From contig NC_045138.2 in assembly GCF_008831285.2 (NCBI RefSeq), positions 34,658,001-34,722,000 on the forward strand: a stretch of DNA of 64,000 nt, read 5' to 3'. How positions within the stretch are numbered: position 1 is the stretch's first letter; every line of letters begins with the position of its first letter. The stretch comes from Nymphaea colorata. Taxonomy: Eukaryota. A program made the position numbers and the translations under genes. Below, one piece after another: positions 14,336-29,500 of this stretch. A model generated the notes under the pieces. It worked only from the letters and a program-made list of their open reading frames with translations. It ran no database searches and was not told the DNA's origin.

Positions 14336-17300
14336 AACGGTTGGAAAGAGAGATAGAGCAAGCGGCGCAGGGGAAGGAGGTAGAAGCGGCCGCAACGTTC
14401 GGGCGTTGCTGTTTATATAGCAGAATTATAAAACAGCAATTTCAATATCGGGAGCAAAGTTTATATATAAACAATAGGAAAGAATATTCTTATTACATAA
14501 GGGCATTATGGGCTGATCTCCGTTCCGGCACATTTTCATTAATTAGGGGGCGGCTGACCTACCTACGGTGATAATACTGAAACAAATTAAATATCAAGGT
14601 CAAATGCTCTCATTCACTCTCTCCTATACATATATATATGTATGTATAGAAAAGGAAGCTAATGTGCATTTGAGGGGAATACTATTGTTCGAATTAAAAT
14701 CTAGATATAATAAGGGAAGTTGGGTTTTTGGACTTTTCCACTCCACGGGATGCGTTTTGTCTCTATCCAACCTACCGAGAAGTGTACACGACACAACCGA
14801 AACACGATATGGACTTGCACTTTGGACTAATCGATTCCAAAATAATATCGCATTTGAGAGACCAAATCACGCCATTTAGCACGCAGCCATTGCTAGACTA
14901 TGTTATGCCAAATTAAGCTTATATAGAAGAAACCAAATCCGAATGGAACCGAACCACCGCATATATGATTCCACATGAGCTGGGCTCATGCATATATATG
15001 TTATGTATACTTGACACCAACGCTCCATATATTATTTTCTATGAGGTGTGATCGATCGATCATCACGAAAGAAAGAATATGTTTTAGGTTGATCTGTTCA
15101 CCAAACAAACAGCAGTTAGCAGCGTCACTTCACTTTTGTATATGCAGTTATAAATTTTTTATGGCTGTCGAGACGCGACCAAACCAACCGAGTGGAGGCC
15201 AAGAATCACGTTGGGTTTATTAATTAACATGTCACATGAATTACTCTCTTTTCCGTGGCGTGGCGGGCCCGTAAAGCGTGAGAACTGGCAGCCTCGATGA
15301 TTCTGATATACATTGAGCAGCTCTACACTTCTTCTTTCTTTCTTTCTTTCTTTCTCTGTGGAGGTTTTTCGTCAATTTACGGTGGTGGGAAACCATTGAT
15401 GGTGGTGCTAACTAACAGGAGCTGTATCTTTTTCTACGTGGGGATAAGACCAGGGCAGCAAGTTAAACTTGAAGACCTTTCGAATTGAAGAAGGCAATAA
15501 TTCAATAAATATAAATAATGGAGGAGGAATCTTCCAGGCCATCTCCTGCAAGATGCTTACGTAAAATCGAAAGCAACAACTGGAAGAATAGGTCATGTAT
15601 GGTTCAAATGTCAACATTTTAATTACAGGACCGTCAACGGCCTTAAGCTGAAGCGAGGGGAGGGGGGGGTTTTCCTTCAGCCGACCTTTCCCTAGCCAAG
15701 TGTGTGGGTGTCTTCTATTTTCTTGCTGCTTGTTGATCACGCTTTTGGACATAAAGAAACAATAGAAAGGGTCAGCTTGCGAGGTGGCCGTTCCCGACTT
15801 TGTTACTGCACAGGACCTTGTTAATCGATCCGGAGACTGATTTGGATCACAAGTCCATCTACTTGCCCGCCTTTTCCTATTTATTTTTTCCTTTGTCAAA
15901 GCATCAGATCATCACTTCTAAGGTGAACGGTTACCAGTGCTTATATATATATATATATGTACTCTTTACCAATTCAAATCAATCAGAACCTTTTAAAATC
16001 AATACAAGCAACGATTCACTAGTGACTGGTGGTGGCACTCTTTTTCAAGATTTTATTATTCTTTTTTTTTTGTTTCATCTTTTGTTATTTGAATTTTTAC
16101 ATAAAAATAAACCAAGTAATTTTTTTATTTGATTCAGCTGATTCTCTTTGCATTAATCTTTTGTTGGCTAAGACAATTTAAAAGTCGATTTAAAACAGAA
16201 TTGGCACCATTAAATCCGTCAATTCATTTGCTCAGTGTAATCTTTTGGTTTCATTTCCGTCAATTCGTTTTAATCATATAGGCAAGAAAGCAAAACCACA
16301 TACAAGATTGAACTTTGACGTAGAAAACAGCTGTATACATACGCGAAGATTACACTGAATTTTTCTATGAAGATGACATGACAAAGAAAGTCCTTTCTTC
16401 GTTAATTCATGCTGGGCTCCACCTCTTTTTTTTCTTCTTCTTCTTTTTCTCTACTTATGATGTTGCTTGTACATCTTAGCCATGAAAATAAGTTATTAAT
16501 TTCCTGACAGAATGAGGCATTTTAATAGTGTGAGAAACAAACACGGCGGAAAGAAAACGATTCCAATTTCCGGAAGGAAATTAAATCAGGACGACAACAC
16601 GGACAGCTGGTTTTGAATGTGGGAGGAGGGGGGATGCAGATACTCACCCAGTTCTCCATTTTCCTTTTTCCCTTCTGTGCGCTCACTCCCTGGTGTCATC
16701 ATGCACCAACCAAAATTTCTCCCATTTGCACGCTTCCTTTCCCTTTTTTTTCTCCTTTTCCTTATCTTGATTCTTCAAACATTGTCTCATACCATAATAA
16801 TATTTTTATATCTGTTCTTCTTTTCCTCTTGGTATTCATATCACAATATTTTTATATCTGTTTTTCTTTCCCTAGGCTCTGAACGAGACCAGAAGCACCA
16901 TTCTCCTTTTGTTTCCTCCGGCATGATGACCGGTGGGAGCACGAGAGACACCACTCACTCCTTTCCCCATTTAAATTCCTCCACTCCACTCCGTGTAGGA
17001 TCCCCAAGCAGGAACTTTGCAAATTCAGGATTAAAAAAAAAAAAACAGATGACTATCGGGGATATATATCATTCAAAAGGTAAAATGTATCTTCTTGTTT
17101 TTTACACGATAGCGATCATGGCCGTTTGTATGATACAAAATATTTCTTTCAAAAATTAATTTAATATAATATTTGAGGGAAGCGGCAATCATACGTATAT
17201 GTTCTCAAGAAACAGTGTCAGGCCGGCTCCTTGTATATGAAGTTGCCTTATTCGACTTCTCTTTGTGTTGCTTGTTCAAGTAGAGAAATTGATGCACGGT

Positions 17301-20300
17301 AGGTGGGAAACCGACCGTCGACGGTTCATCCCCTTCGTCTGCTCATCGGTGTTGTTGCCCTTTCCTTTTGTGTAACATATATGAATATGCAAAGAATATA
17401 CATTTGATTTGTCAATATTTTGGAGTTGTGAAGTGACAAGACTGAAACCAAATTAACAGCAGAAGTCACGGAGTCAAGCCTCTCATCGCCTTCTAAGTTG
17501 CAACTGGCAGTGCATCCGGCGACAGTGATGGGAAAGTGCGTGCCATTGTACAGGTTGTAGGAGTGGAAATGCTGTGCTCATGATCAAATAGCGGCTGCCG
17601 CGTGGTGGCACAGGAAAGGAAAGCCAGCAAGCACATGGTTGCAAATGGGGTCGGCAACAATCCACTACAGGAGTCGAGTAATTATATTAGTTGGATCAAT
17701 CGGTGAAGCTGAAAGGATATGCTGAATCATAATCCAATTGTATGACTTGATGCAACAGCTCTAGTTTTGGTTACTTACCGTCCATCATGTAATGTAATCA
17801 GCCTGCCTTTAGATGTGAGAGGAGTCCCACACAAACCTTCAACGCTCCATCTGGTTGTGGCGGGCGTTGATCTCGTCTATGATCCTACCGGCAACCGTGC
17901 ATGGATTCCCCCATCCAGCTTCAGCATGAATCTGTAATTCACCTGGGTTTGCGCTTTTTGTTGTTTACCTTTTTACTTTGTCGGATTTTCATTAAAAAAA
18001 AAAAAAAGTTTTTTTCTAGTAATCTGTATGTATATCGTAAAAGTATTTTCATAATTGAACATAGACGCCCATGCACCGCTACCTGAAGTACATTAAAAAA
18101 GAAAAAATTAGAAAAATGGGCGAGAAGACAAGCCCAAGTACAGTCTCATGTCGAGTATACTCTGAGCCAATGTCTTATTAATAATTGTTCTCCAACCGAC
18201 CACTATCAACTGCGACGAAGCTTAATTCCCAGAAAGAGCCTAAAGATTAAACATCAAACCTCTGCAGACTTCTTCTGGTTTTATTCTTCTCCTCACTAGC
18301 TTCAAACCATATGTAATTTTGATACAACTAACAAGGAAAAGGAAAAGAGCAAGCGTTCCAAACATGAAAAGATACATACCTAATATTTTTTGAACTTTTG
18401 TAGCTTCAAACTGGAACAAAACCCGTCATATACACTCATCAAATACAAAATAAACTAAGAATTTCGACTAATAGGGAATTTGGACGAATTTTCTTCCCAT
18501 AAAAGAGGAATAAATAAACGTCTAATTAAGTAGCGCCACTTTTTCCAAAAAGTTACGTGTACAGAAAAAACTTTTTAAGGATAATCATGCAGTCGAAACA
18601 TCGATCCTACAAGCCTCTTTCCAATTCCCCCTTTGGTCATCCTCTATGTGTCACATTTCTTATACCTTTGATCTGTTCTGAGGTACGCACAGGCAGCTTG
18701 CTTGACCACTAAATTAAGCAAGGCAAATTCCTTCGAGGTTTGTCTTTCGTGTATTGCTCGGATAATCACGGGGGACGCGATAGCTTGAGATGGGGGTAAG
18801 AGAATGCAGGCAGCCATGTCCTGGACCGCCTGTGCCTATGCACCAGCTCTCACACGCATGCACCTCAATCACAGTGGAGGTCATGCAGGCACATTGGCTT
18901 TACATGGCCGGCTTGCTGCCTTTTGGTCCACAGGTCAAGCAGCAGTGTTTCCTGCAGCATGCGCGCATGGGCAGCTGATATTAGTTGACCTGATCTTTTA
19001 ACAGTCAACAACACCACATCCTTAATTTTTCTCTTTTCTTCCCTGTAATCATTAATCTAGCTAAACCTTCATCAGTAAGAGTTGATATAAACTAGCGGTT
19101 ACAAGGAGGACATGAAAAGAGATCGTCAAGTTGCAAAAGAGAAATGTTAACAACATCAACATTCTATTTGTTCTGAACCTGACATCTCGATCCCATGAAT
19201 TGGTCAACACTTGATCTCAAAACTAACGCAGGAACACAAAACGTGCTACCTGACCATGGCTTTCACGCAGTCGCTAACAGCGTCCCTCAGCACCTGGGAT
19301 TTTCTTTTCTTTTCTTTTTTAAAAAAATTTTTTAAAAAAAAAAGCAAAGACAAAATGAGATTGCATGCATAATCGAATTTCAAATGCTTTCAGAAGCAAT
19401 TGATCAGTCCTTCATGTTCGCATTCTTTGTACAATTTGTTGAAGGATCCACATCGTCATTTTCCCAAAAGGCGTGCTCTAAATGGAACTGTGCAAGATGG
19501 TCGGCAAAACCTCAAAAAACATCGACCTGACCCACCAAAACGAGAGGCGGTGGAGGGTCCTACTGGTTCGAGTAAAAGGAAAGGAAACATCTTGCTTCCC
19601 TCATCGTTAAGCCACAGCCCCATTACGCCATTGATCTTTTCCAGCAGCGCTCATGATGGTGGGAAGCATTTGCACTCTTTACATCTAAAAGAGCAGACGA
19701 TCAGCGGAAAGCTTTAGGAGTAAGAAGCAAGTCAAGCAATAGGGATGAACGGGTGAACAACCAAATGAGCTGTCGTTCCCACTCCCCACCAACCTTTTGT
19801 CTTGCTCGATTGACTTCCTTTTTTGAATAATATGGAGCAACACATCGGAAAGAGGCAGCAACAGGATTTGGATGATGAACTTCAGCCCAAGCAAAGAGGC
19901 GGACAAAGATCAGGTAGTTGCAGAGTAGAACAGGGTATACGCAGGGCAGATACAGAGAGAGAAAAACAGCGATTAGGGCGAAGTTCATTTCATTACTTAA
20001 TGACCAGCCATTTATGGACTGAGTTTGTTGCAGATGAGCAACTGAGATTGTGTTACAACAAATATCTCAGATTATGAATTACAATTGTGTCCTTTCCTAA
20101 CAAGTGTCTACTGTTACACTTGTTCTTTACAGAATCGGTAGAGCAGAAGTATGGACTCCGTATGACAGAATGCTGAAAAAATGTGTATTTGATATCTTCC
20201 GAACTAATTCAGAAGCAAAGAAAGAGAGAACCGCAACCCATCTGCGGACCCATTAAATTTGTGGTTGGATTTGGTTGCGACGATGCTGCAGCCATCTGTT

Positions 20301-21519
20301 AGTAGCCACATGACGATTGAGAAATAATTGAAATTGTGAATTTTCTTCTTCGAATGTCTTGTACACTTCCTTTGAGATAAAAAGACTACATGATGCCCAA
20401 GAAAAGCATGCAGACATTTGGCAGCCATTGTATTGGTGGGGAGGAGTAATCAGCACCACACAAACATGATGTTACTCCTTTCTTTTTGTCAAGATTGGAG
20501 GCTTCAAGAACAACATGAAACTGTGGGTGAGACCTCAGTCTACATGAAGCTGCACTCAATAGTTCTTTCATGTACAATCCCGATAGGAAGAAGGGCTTAA
20601 TTTGCTTTCAACTCAGTTGTTAAGGAGCCGTCTCATCAGGAAGTGTAAGGGAGAACTTGAAATTGTCAGACCCAACTCCTTAGGACGAGAGATCGTCACA
20701 AGAGGTAAAAATAGAGCGGCCGGATCTAACTTCGCACAGATCTCAACCGCCGGCTTCTGATGACATAATTTTTAAATGGAATAGTAGGAAGCTGGAAGTT
20801 TATTGCAATTGATTCACTATATTATATATTTTTTCTACTTCAGACGACGAGGCATCCTCTGCAAACCAGAGCATTTAACATCTAATGTGCATGTATGTAA
20901 TCCAGTGCAGATAAAGTTCGACTACTGTGAACACAATTCCACACGAGGCCTTTGGTTACGCGGTGCCATAGAAAAGTTAACCTAGTGACTCAAAGACTTG
21001 ACATTGGCACCTCTATAACTCCCTCTCATACCATCAGCTCTTCTGCTGCACTACCCATAGGAAGGAAAAAATTACCAAGACCGAAAAACCCAGAAGAAGT
21101 TTCTAACTTGAGGGTAGTTGTTAATCCTAAAACATGGATAGTTTACTATATTATTTTCCTCTTCGAAAATGTCAGACCTGATCGCACGAGATGAGCTTGA
21201 AATCCTCTAGAGACCATACTTTTTCCACACAAAATTGATATCCTGTGCACTTACACGAAGAAACCTAAGAATTTTACCAACTAAAGATTTTCCAGTGTAC
21301 ACTCAGCAATGAGATGCTATCCGCAGCCAATCAATGGGGTTTGGTGAAAAAATGGACAAGTTGCAACTCATTTTTACTGAAACAAGAGCGCGAATTCCTG
21401 AAAGCCAGGCACCTATTAATCATCTCCCTATTACTAGGATAGGAAGCCAAAAGTGGTTTTTCAAATGGGAAAGCGTTATGGCATAACCCAGCACCTATTA
21501 ATCATCTCCCTATTAAAAA

Positions 21520-23420
21520 AAAAGGCAATGGCCAAGCCGATCAACAAGACTTTGATCCGAATCCTCGAGAGGACGATGGAGTCTGCTTTTTGAGTGGCAC
21601 GCCTTTACGAGCATATAACTCACTCTTTCTTTCCGCTGTGAAATAGGACTGATCCACTTTCGACTCTTTCGAAGAGTCTTTCGGTTGTTCGACGAATCCA
21701 ACTGCGGACAGCGAAGAACGGGTTTCTCAGAAAGCAAGCCACGGAGAAAGCCATTTTGTCATAGCCTTGGTTTCTACCTTCAAAACAAAACACTGCCCTC
21801 AAAAAAAGCAAGGTTTGATGTGAGTTTCGATCGCCAAGCTGCCCTAACATAGTCTTCTCAATATTCAAAATGAAACCAAAGAAAGAGGGGAAGGAAGCCA
21901 AGGAGGTCCAAAAGAAAGTCAACCGGCTTTCTTTCTTGGCAGCCAGGTTCTCAGACGCTTTGGCGTCTATCAAATCGAAGAAGTTCTGCACGGAGATGAC
22001 CGGCATCAACATCAGTGGCCCTCTGACCTCCGCAATACACCGAGCAAGGCTTATAGAATGAGAATTGGCTCGTCTGGATTGAATGGAACCCTCATTTTCA
22101 GAATCTCCGTCCATGAGTCTACCTCTCGCTTCCATGAGACTTTGGAGATCATATTACCAGCCAAGATGAAAGTACCCTCCCTATCCCTGAAGGTGAATCC
22201 CTGCCAATACTCCTCGTTTTTAAAAAGGGCATAGATACATAACTTAAACCATCCTGGAATAGGAGGTGCCCAGGTTTGAAAGTCAAGCCATTTAAGATAG
22301 GTCGGATCCTACTATCAAAGTGACATTTAAGCAAGAGAATCCGTTCCCGAACAGCCCACAAGATAGCCTCCACCAAACTCTCCACCTGAATCACCTGATT
22401 TTTCCGATGTGAAAAGATGGCTGTGTCCAAAATCTTCCAAATGGAGACTTGGGCAGCAAGCTTCCAACCTTGAGATCTCCAAGCGGAGTTAGAATGTATA
22501 CGAATCCCATTCTGAACTTGACGAGGAAAAGGGACGCCATCCTTCTACTTCTAGATGAAGGCGATCCCATATTGCACGAGCAAACATACAATACACGAGA
22601 GGAAGAGCCTCCTGAGACAAGGACACCGACTGACCAACTAGTGAGTGGCCAAGCTTCCTGAGCCTATCCTGGGTTAGTAGCTTGTTGTCGATGGCCAGGC
22701 GCTTTTGAGTAGGGCAGCATTGGGAGAGTGCCCTGGGAACCAGATAGGAAGAGCATCAGTGAACTCCCGCCCCCTCTCCCTATAAGCATTCCAACCCTCT
22801 TTTGCTGAGTCTATTCTATCCTTCTCATGCACCCCAAAAGTAGCCAATCAGGTCGATTATTTAGATGAATGCGCCCGAGAGCCTCTTTCAAAAGAGGGAA
22901 TTGGCTAGAGTTTTCTGCATTAAGAAGAAAAAGCGAGTCAGAATCCTTTGACATTGCCTCAGATATTTTGAGGCCCGGTGTAATATGTAGATTAGGGTAT
23001 CTATATTCAGTGAGGAGGCTTTGAAGGCTGTATTGCCCTTTCCAAGGATCAAACCAAAAATCCATACTGCTCCCATCCCCCACTTCCCATCGGGAACCCA
23101 TCTCAAGAACTCGCATACTCCTGATTCAGCTCTTCCAACCCCAAGAGCCAAGGTGTGGATGCTTAACAAACCATGGGGAAGATTGAAGGAGGTATTGACT
23201 ATGCAACACCCGAGTCCACAAACTTGAGGAGGTCATCATAATCCCTGCTCTCTTAGCCATCAGTGCAAGATTCCTATCAGGGAGTCGTCGAATCCCAAAC
23301 CCGCCTTCTTCTTTCGGCTGACAAACCTGAGAAAAAGCTGCGAAGATGAATTTGATGAGTGTCGCTAGTGCCTTGCCATCAGAAGGTTCGCATGATATGC
23401 TCAAGCTTTTCAAGAACCGA
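21520..23420 (-). mobile_element. Degenerate L1-type LINE fragment (post-RT region, zf-RVT-like and RNase H-like remnants)
   Basis: Frameshifted peptides QVCQPKEEGGFGIRRLPDRNLALMAK and RWEVGDGSSMDFWFDPW, typical of plant L1 ORF2 downstream of RT. FEGRNQGYDKMA resembles the RNase H REGNxxADxLA motif. Boundaries approximate. Confidence 0.75.
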
Positions 23421-23989
23421 GGCAGGGAGAATCCAGGATGGAAACCAAGAACATGGGTGACTACGACGCGTGGATTTGATCACCCGCACAGCTCTTGAGA
23501 GACCATGAAGCGGTTTTTGATTTTTCACATTGAACAACAAGCTGCTCACAGCCGTCTACCTACAAAAAGAAGAAAAGAAGTCCAATCCAGCCAAGATGAT
23601 CAAGAATGCGGGAAGACCTATTAAATGAAACTCCACTCGTTCTACAGCACAGAACGAGCCATGAGCGAAGCTCTTTCTATAGTGTGTTCCGTGGACGTAC
23701 TTTGAGGTCAACTTCCTAGACAGACAGGTGGATAGGAGCCTCAACTAGGGCGGAGCCTCAAGCCTACTGCATGCTTACAAGGTCAAGGAAGATGGCGTTT
23801 AGTGCTTTTTTTTCTTGAACATTGGAATTGCGGTGATCGCTTGACCACTTGACCAAAGGTACCTTTTGAGGTGCTCGGTAGGCGTCAGAGAGCAGTCTGA
23901 ATTTGGGATTCAAAAGGGTCTGGGTCTGCTCGGCGGTGAGAAAACAGAAGGCTTGAGGCGCCTTGGAAAGACCGAGCTCATATGACCAA

Positions 23990-24590
23990 CTGAGGTATAA
24001 GAGCTTGAGTTGAGAGTCCCTAAGATACGAGATATGGCATCGGAAGGTGTACTGTTGGAGAGCACACTTCTCACAGCGGTACTCGGGAAAGAGTCACCCG
24101 CTGAGAGGCTCGAGTGGAGGAAATCGAGTCTTCGGAGATGGCTTGGGAGCAAGAATGGATGCCTCTGAGAAGGCTATCCAAGACTTGGCGGACGAATTCC
24201 GTTGGGCAGCGACACGAAGAGCGCCCATTGAGGAAGGCCCAGATCAAAAAGATTGTGGCTGAGTTCACTGTCCTAAAGAGGGCAGTGGCTAGTGGGGCGA
24301 CTAGTCAAGGAGACTCTTCACGAGTGAGAGTCCCCGAGCCACGGTGCTACAATGGCAGGATGCAAAGGGCCTTTGGGATTTCTACAAAGACTTGAGAGCT
24401 TTGAGGGGTCGGATGATGCGATTGTCAATACCGCCACCATGTACCTCACGGGTTCTGCCAAGCGTTGGTGGAGGACCCGTGAGGAAGATATTCAGAAGGG
24501 TCTCTTTGAGCTATTGGGATGACCTCAAGAGGGAACTCAAGGCGCAGTTCCTCCAACAAAATTGCGCGTTAGCTACCGCCGTGGGATGAT
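23990..24590 (+). mobile_element. Ty3/gypsy gag remnant (retrotransposon gag domain), frameshifted
   Basis: SRVRVPEPRCYNG...DAK, YLTGSAKRWWRTREEDIQKG and SYWDDLKRELKAQFL occur across shifting frames. Confidence 0.75.
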
Positions 24591-26529
24591 TGGTCAAAGT
24601 GCCTGAAAGGTGCCTGACAAACTCGAGAACAGAAAACCGCCTCTTGAGTGATTTTAGGGTGGGCGTCAAAAGGGCAATGAAGAGGGTTGAGCCTTTCTAA
24701 TCGATCTTGGCTTTCTTGATCGGCATTTCAGGTCTGGTGCATGTCTCCAAATTTGGGTTGATGTCCAGAATCAGCTTGAACAGAATACAAATAACTGAAA
24801 ACAAATATCTGAGTAGATCAACGTCTAGAGATTTCACCTTCTTGTGTTGCTCAGCCAGAAGAACAAGGTCGGCAGTGTATTCTCATCAGTAGACTGCCAT
24901 ATCTGGCAGACCATATATGCGGTTCAACTTGCTCAGCAACAAACAAGTTGGACTTAATCTCAGTTAATATATTAACTCGTACAGAAACTGGCAGCTTGAA
25001 AACATAAAACATAATATCAAAATGTCAAGCACTTGATAATATCACATGCTATAACCACATTGATCAGGCGGTACAACATGACTTGCAAAACATGTGAATG
25101 AGCACTTGATGTTGTGAACAAACTAACGCAATGAGTGTTTCCAGTGCATCAGACAGGATGAGACCAACAATAATCCCATCCTTCAAATACATTCTAGATT
25201 CTAAGCTCTTTACGTAACGGTACAAACATTAATCTTGAGTGGTACAAGAACAACTCAGAAGCTACGACGTTGTTTCCGAGACATCCGACTCCTTATACAC
25301 ACGTCATATTTACAAAATTCAAAAGAACTGCCAAATGCTCGCATCCGCTAATGCGCCCATCCTCTAATGCACCAATGCGGAATTCTTCATGAGACTTACG
25401 TACAATAGCCCAGACCTTTTAAAATAAATAATGTTCCTTCTCCGTTGACAAGCACAACAAAAAAGGGACGGTCGTTTCAATTTGCAATTTCTACTTGTTC
25501 TCTCAGGTGGCTTCAACTAAGGTAGTCCAAAACAACAAACTTTATTCATTTATAACAATATCATTTACGTGAAACCACATGTGTGAGTGCAGACATTGAC
25601 TGCACACCAAAAAAAAAAAAAAAAGGGCAGGAACAGTGCATACAGGAATTCTGAGTCTGGTGGATTTCTAGAAGACAACTTCAGAAGTTCTATCACGTGA
25701 AGTTCTGTCCAGAACAAACCGAACTGAATAGCATATCCCAAGTATTTTTCTGCTGTGAGGGAACCCCAAAGCACATAGAGACATCTTAAAAACTATTACT
25801 GTAAAAATAGACCTTATTAATTTGAATTCACAGCAGCCTCTCACTACCATTTTCTTTCATTAGCAACTGTTTTTTTCAGTGCAAAAGGAATCTAGAGTCC
25901 CGTTAGAGTCTTCTCCTTACAACTTTGTGCTCTTGCAGGTAGAACTTTTAAAAGAATTATCGTGTTCATATACACAGTAGTTCCACGAACATGGGTTGCA
26001 GAATTTTGAAAGAAAAGCCGCTTGTTCCAGTCACATAGATGTCGACATAGGTAAACAATCTTAAGGAGGAAAAGCTATGCTTGACATGGATATACAAAAA
26101 CTCTCTGATTTCTCAAAATCTTTATATACATTCAAAAATTTATGCCACCGAACCAATTCTCAGAATCCCATGTACAATATAGGTTTATAACTTTATACAT
26201 CATTTACTATGTTTCTTGATCTCAGGAAAACCATTAACTCCTCTCTATTTCTGACTTTTGTGATGTCATTCCACCACCTTTTCCTGAACCAAACAGAAAA
26301 AAATATCAATAGAAAGGAGCATACATGCATACACACACACATATGCAGGTATAAAAGAAAATTCAGTCACAAAGTAGGTTTTCTTGCCCCCCGGTATTTC
26401 CTTCTTTCACAAGAAAGTGGAAACTTATGGTTGACAGAACTCCAGATAATCAAGAGATTCATTTGGAAAGAAGATTATGTCGCAGAAAATAAGGCACTAT
26501 ATGACTTTGTCATCCTCAACATCACCAAC

Positions 26530-29500
26530 TCATTCCTCTAAATGCTTACTGCAAATCTGCATGTCAAATGCATTTGGAACCATGTATAGGGAGACAGTTG
26601 TGGAGCAGAAAATAGAGGTCTGCGGTTTGTTAGACATCAGTATTCAAGCAACTCACGTTACATATATGGCATATTTTTTCACAATGTCTGTGACCGGTTA
26701 ATTATCTTTATTTTCAACAACCCTGGCAGTTCTTTGTGAGCAGAAGGCTAATATTGCTGAAAAAGAACATCTATCAACAATAAAAAATAAGTATGCAATT
26801 CTGAGATTGGCTAATTATCTATATTTTAAATGCCCAGCAGTTCTTTATCAACAGCAGGCTACTATCAAAGAAAAGAGAACATCTATCAACAATAAAAGAG
26901 GTCTAGGCATACCTATTCGAAGCCCACAATAGATCATATGCAATGAAACTGGTGGCAGCAACAAAACCTACCATTTCCAAACCTCCATGCACTAAGCAAG
27001 ACAAAATTATGTGTCAGTCAAGCAATAAATAAATGTAAAAGAAGACAAAGACAATCATGTACCTCCAGTAGTTAACATCCCGAATATGCCTGCTCCCATA
27101 GCAATTGCTGGCATAGCCCTTCGTAAAGCATCTTCATCAGATATCTCTTCCTGGTTCAAGAAAGTGCAAGCTTAATTCATGCTCTATTTTTTCCTGTGAT
27201 GACGAGAGTTCCAAACATACTTCCCTCTGCGCTCTGAGTCAAAAAATGCAGGTGAACCCCAAAAACATATATAGCATGTTGGAACTCAAGTTTTATTTGG
27301 CACCAAGACAATGGTTTATCATGAAGACAAACAAGATTCCACCCAAGACAAAAAAAAAAAAACCCTCTATTCTCTAACTTGGGCATAATTTATTCCTACA
27401 TATGGATGATTATGCAACAGGTTGAGTGAGCCTCCTCTGTCCTCAAGGATCAGAAACCAACAAAATAGGATGAGAAAATTGAGAACTCAATAAGGTTCTT
27501 TAGCTTGTTAAGACGACTATGAGCCTTACAGGTCAAATAGACATGATTAGTCAAGCGGCCATATTCTGAAGGAAAAGCTAGAAATTAAGAATAAATGTTT
27601 TACAGTTAAATTTTGTTTGTCCAAATAATTTCACCTATTCCTCAACGAAATGTATTGCATATCACATGAATGTAATGCAAATCTACACATGTTAACCTGC
27701 ACATGAATTGCTACAGCATTGATTATGTGAACCCAAAACATAATTGAGATCGTGTGGTAAAGTCAATTTGACAACAGTCTAGAAGAACCATCAAGTTTTC
27801 GTGCACTTTTACTCTTCACAACCATAGCTTAGTGAAGTTCAGAAAGCTCAACATACAGTTCTTGTTCCATATCTCACAACTTCAGAGTTCCAATTGTTCA
27901 CTTCAGTTTACGATTCCTAAGACAATTTACTCAACTAAATCACAATGAGCCACCAATTATGGTATAATTTTTTCAACACAGTAATAGAGTGGTCCCATAG
28001 CTTCATCTCAAAGGCATTAAAATTTATAATCCACTCATAATAGACATTGGCCATTTTGAAAGTCCGTATATTAAATGATAAAAGCTCATTCTAGGAAGTA
28101 GCTGTCTTCTACCGTAAGGAAGTCTTCTAAAGTTCAAATTAATATTAAACCATATCGCGTCTGAAGGATAGCCACCTGGGTCCTTAAACCTTGACAACTT
28201 GATGAATGTACTTTAGGCTGATTCAGATATACTACGTCCAAGGGGTTCGGTTATCCCTGAAACCTAGATTTCGCTTCCTATTGTTGTAAAATGAATGCAA
28301 TGATGAAGGATTGCAAGGATCCATTGAGTCTCCTATGTGACTTCACATACATACTTCAGTTCCTTCATGCATTAACAGCATTCGATTAAGTTGATTGGTA
28401 CCTAAAATTGTCATCCATGTTAGAGGATTGTCCAAGAATCAAGGTTTTGTTCATCAATAAGAAAAAAGGCATAAATGCAACAAATTCAAGAATCAAGATG
28501 CAGCAATTTGACTTTCCAATGTCAAATCATTTAAATAAAAGAATTCGGCCAAAAGTCAACCTGTTCGTCAGTTGTGGAACTCCCCAAGCAACTCTCCACG
28601 CCAAACTCTGAACTGAAGGACATAACTGGCGTCGGGTTCCTACTTGAATGGTTGGATATTGCCATTGACCCATGGCCATCCTCTTCATTATGATAGCCTA
28701 TTGATTCAATAGAAGCTTCAGTAGTTTTATCCCTCATTTCTGTTTCCCCTTCCATCGTTTGCGGGAGGTTCTGTTTGAAGACATTTCCTTTCATTTCTGC
28801 ATCTCCAATAGTTAATTCTGACCCCTCATGGAGATGGGCATTTGATGTGTCACGCCTCTTTGTGAATTCTTCGCTTCTTTCTCTTTCATCATCAGCCAAA
28901 GGACGGTTTCGGTCCTCTTTTTCGTCATGAATAGTCCAAAGATCAATTTCTTTTGTGATATCGTCGTCACCGATTTCACTGTTGCAAGAAAACATTTTTG
29001 ACTCTTCATAGAGGGAAATGGGCAATTCCCCGCTAACTTCAGCAACCATGTCATTTTCTTCCTTTCCTTCGTCAATCAACTGGTCAGAAATTTCATCTGA
29101 ATTGTAGTCCACAACTACTTTTGTATCGCCGGAGACTATTTGTGATGTATTTTCAACCACTTCTTCGCTTCCCTCCATTCCGTCATTGGTCAATCGAAGA
29201 TCAATTTCGGACAGATTGTCATTTCCGGCCGTTTCTATATCGTCACAGAACCTTTCCGACACGACATTTTGGAAGTATATCAATCCTTTGTCGATCGGAA
29301 CACCCTTGCTCAGTTTCTTCACCTCATTAAGCAATTGACCGTGAGCAGCCATGGCGTTGCTAATTCCACCTGATGCTGCATCCCGAGAAACAATACAGTT
29401 TCCCGCCTCACCAAATTCACTCCCCGAAGTCTCCCGAAAAGGAGACGATAACATCGACGATTCTCTAAACCCTAAACCCCGGCCAAAGGCATTTGAAGAG

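Noticed and set aside
20541..20574. Partial complement to miR397 (gctgcactcaat) inside a tiny hairpin
   Set aside because: Only a ~12-nt match, no precursor-length stem and no laccase target context.
26720..26900. Diverged ~110-bp tandem duplication (gaacatctatcaacaataaaa twice)
   Set aside because: Ordinary intronic duplication with no sign of function.
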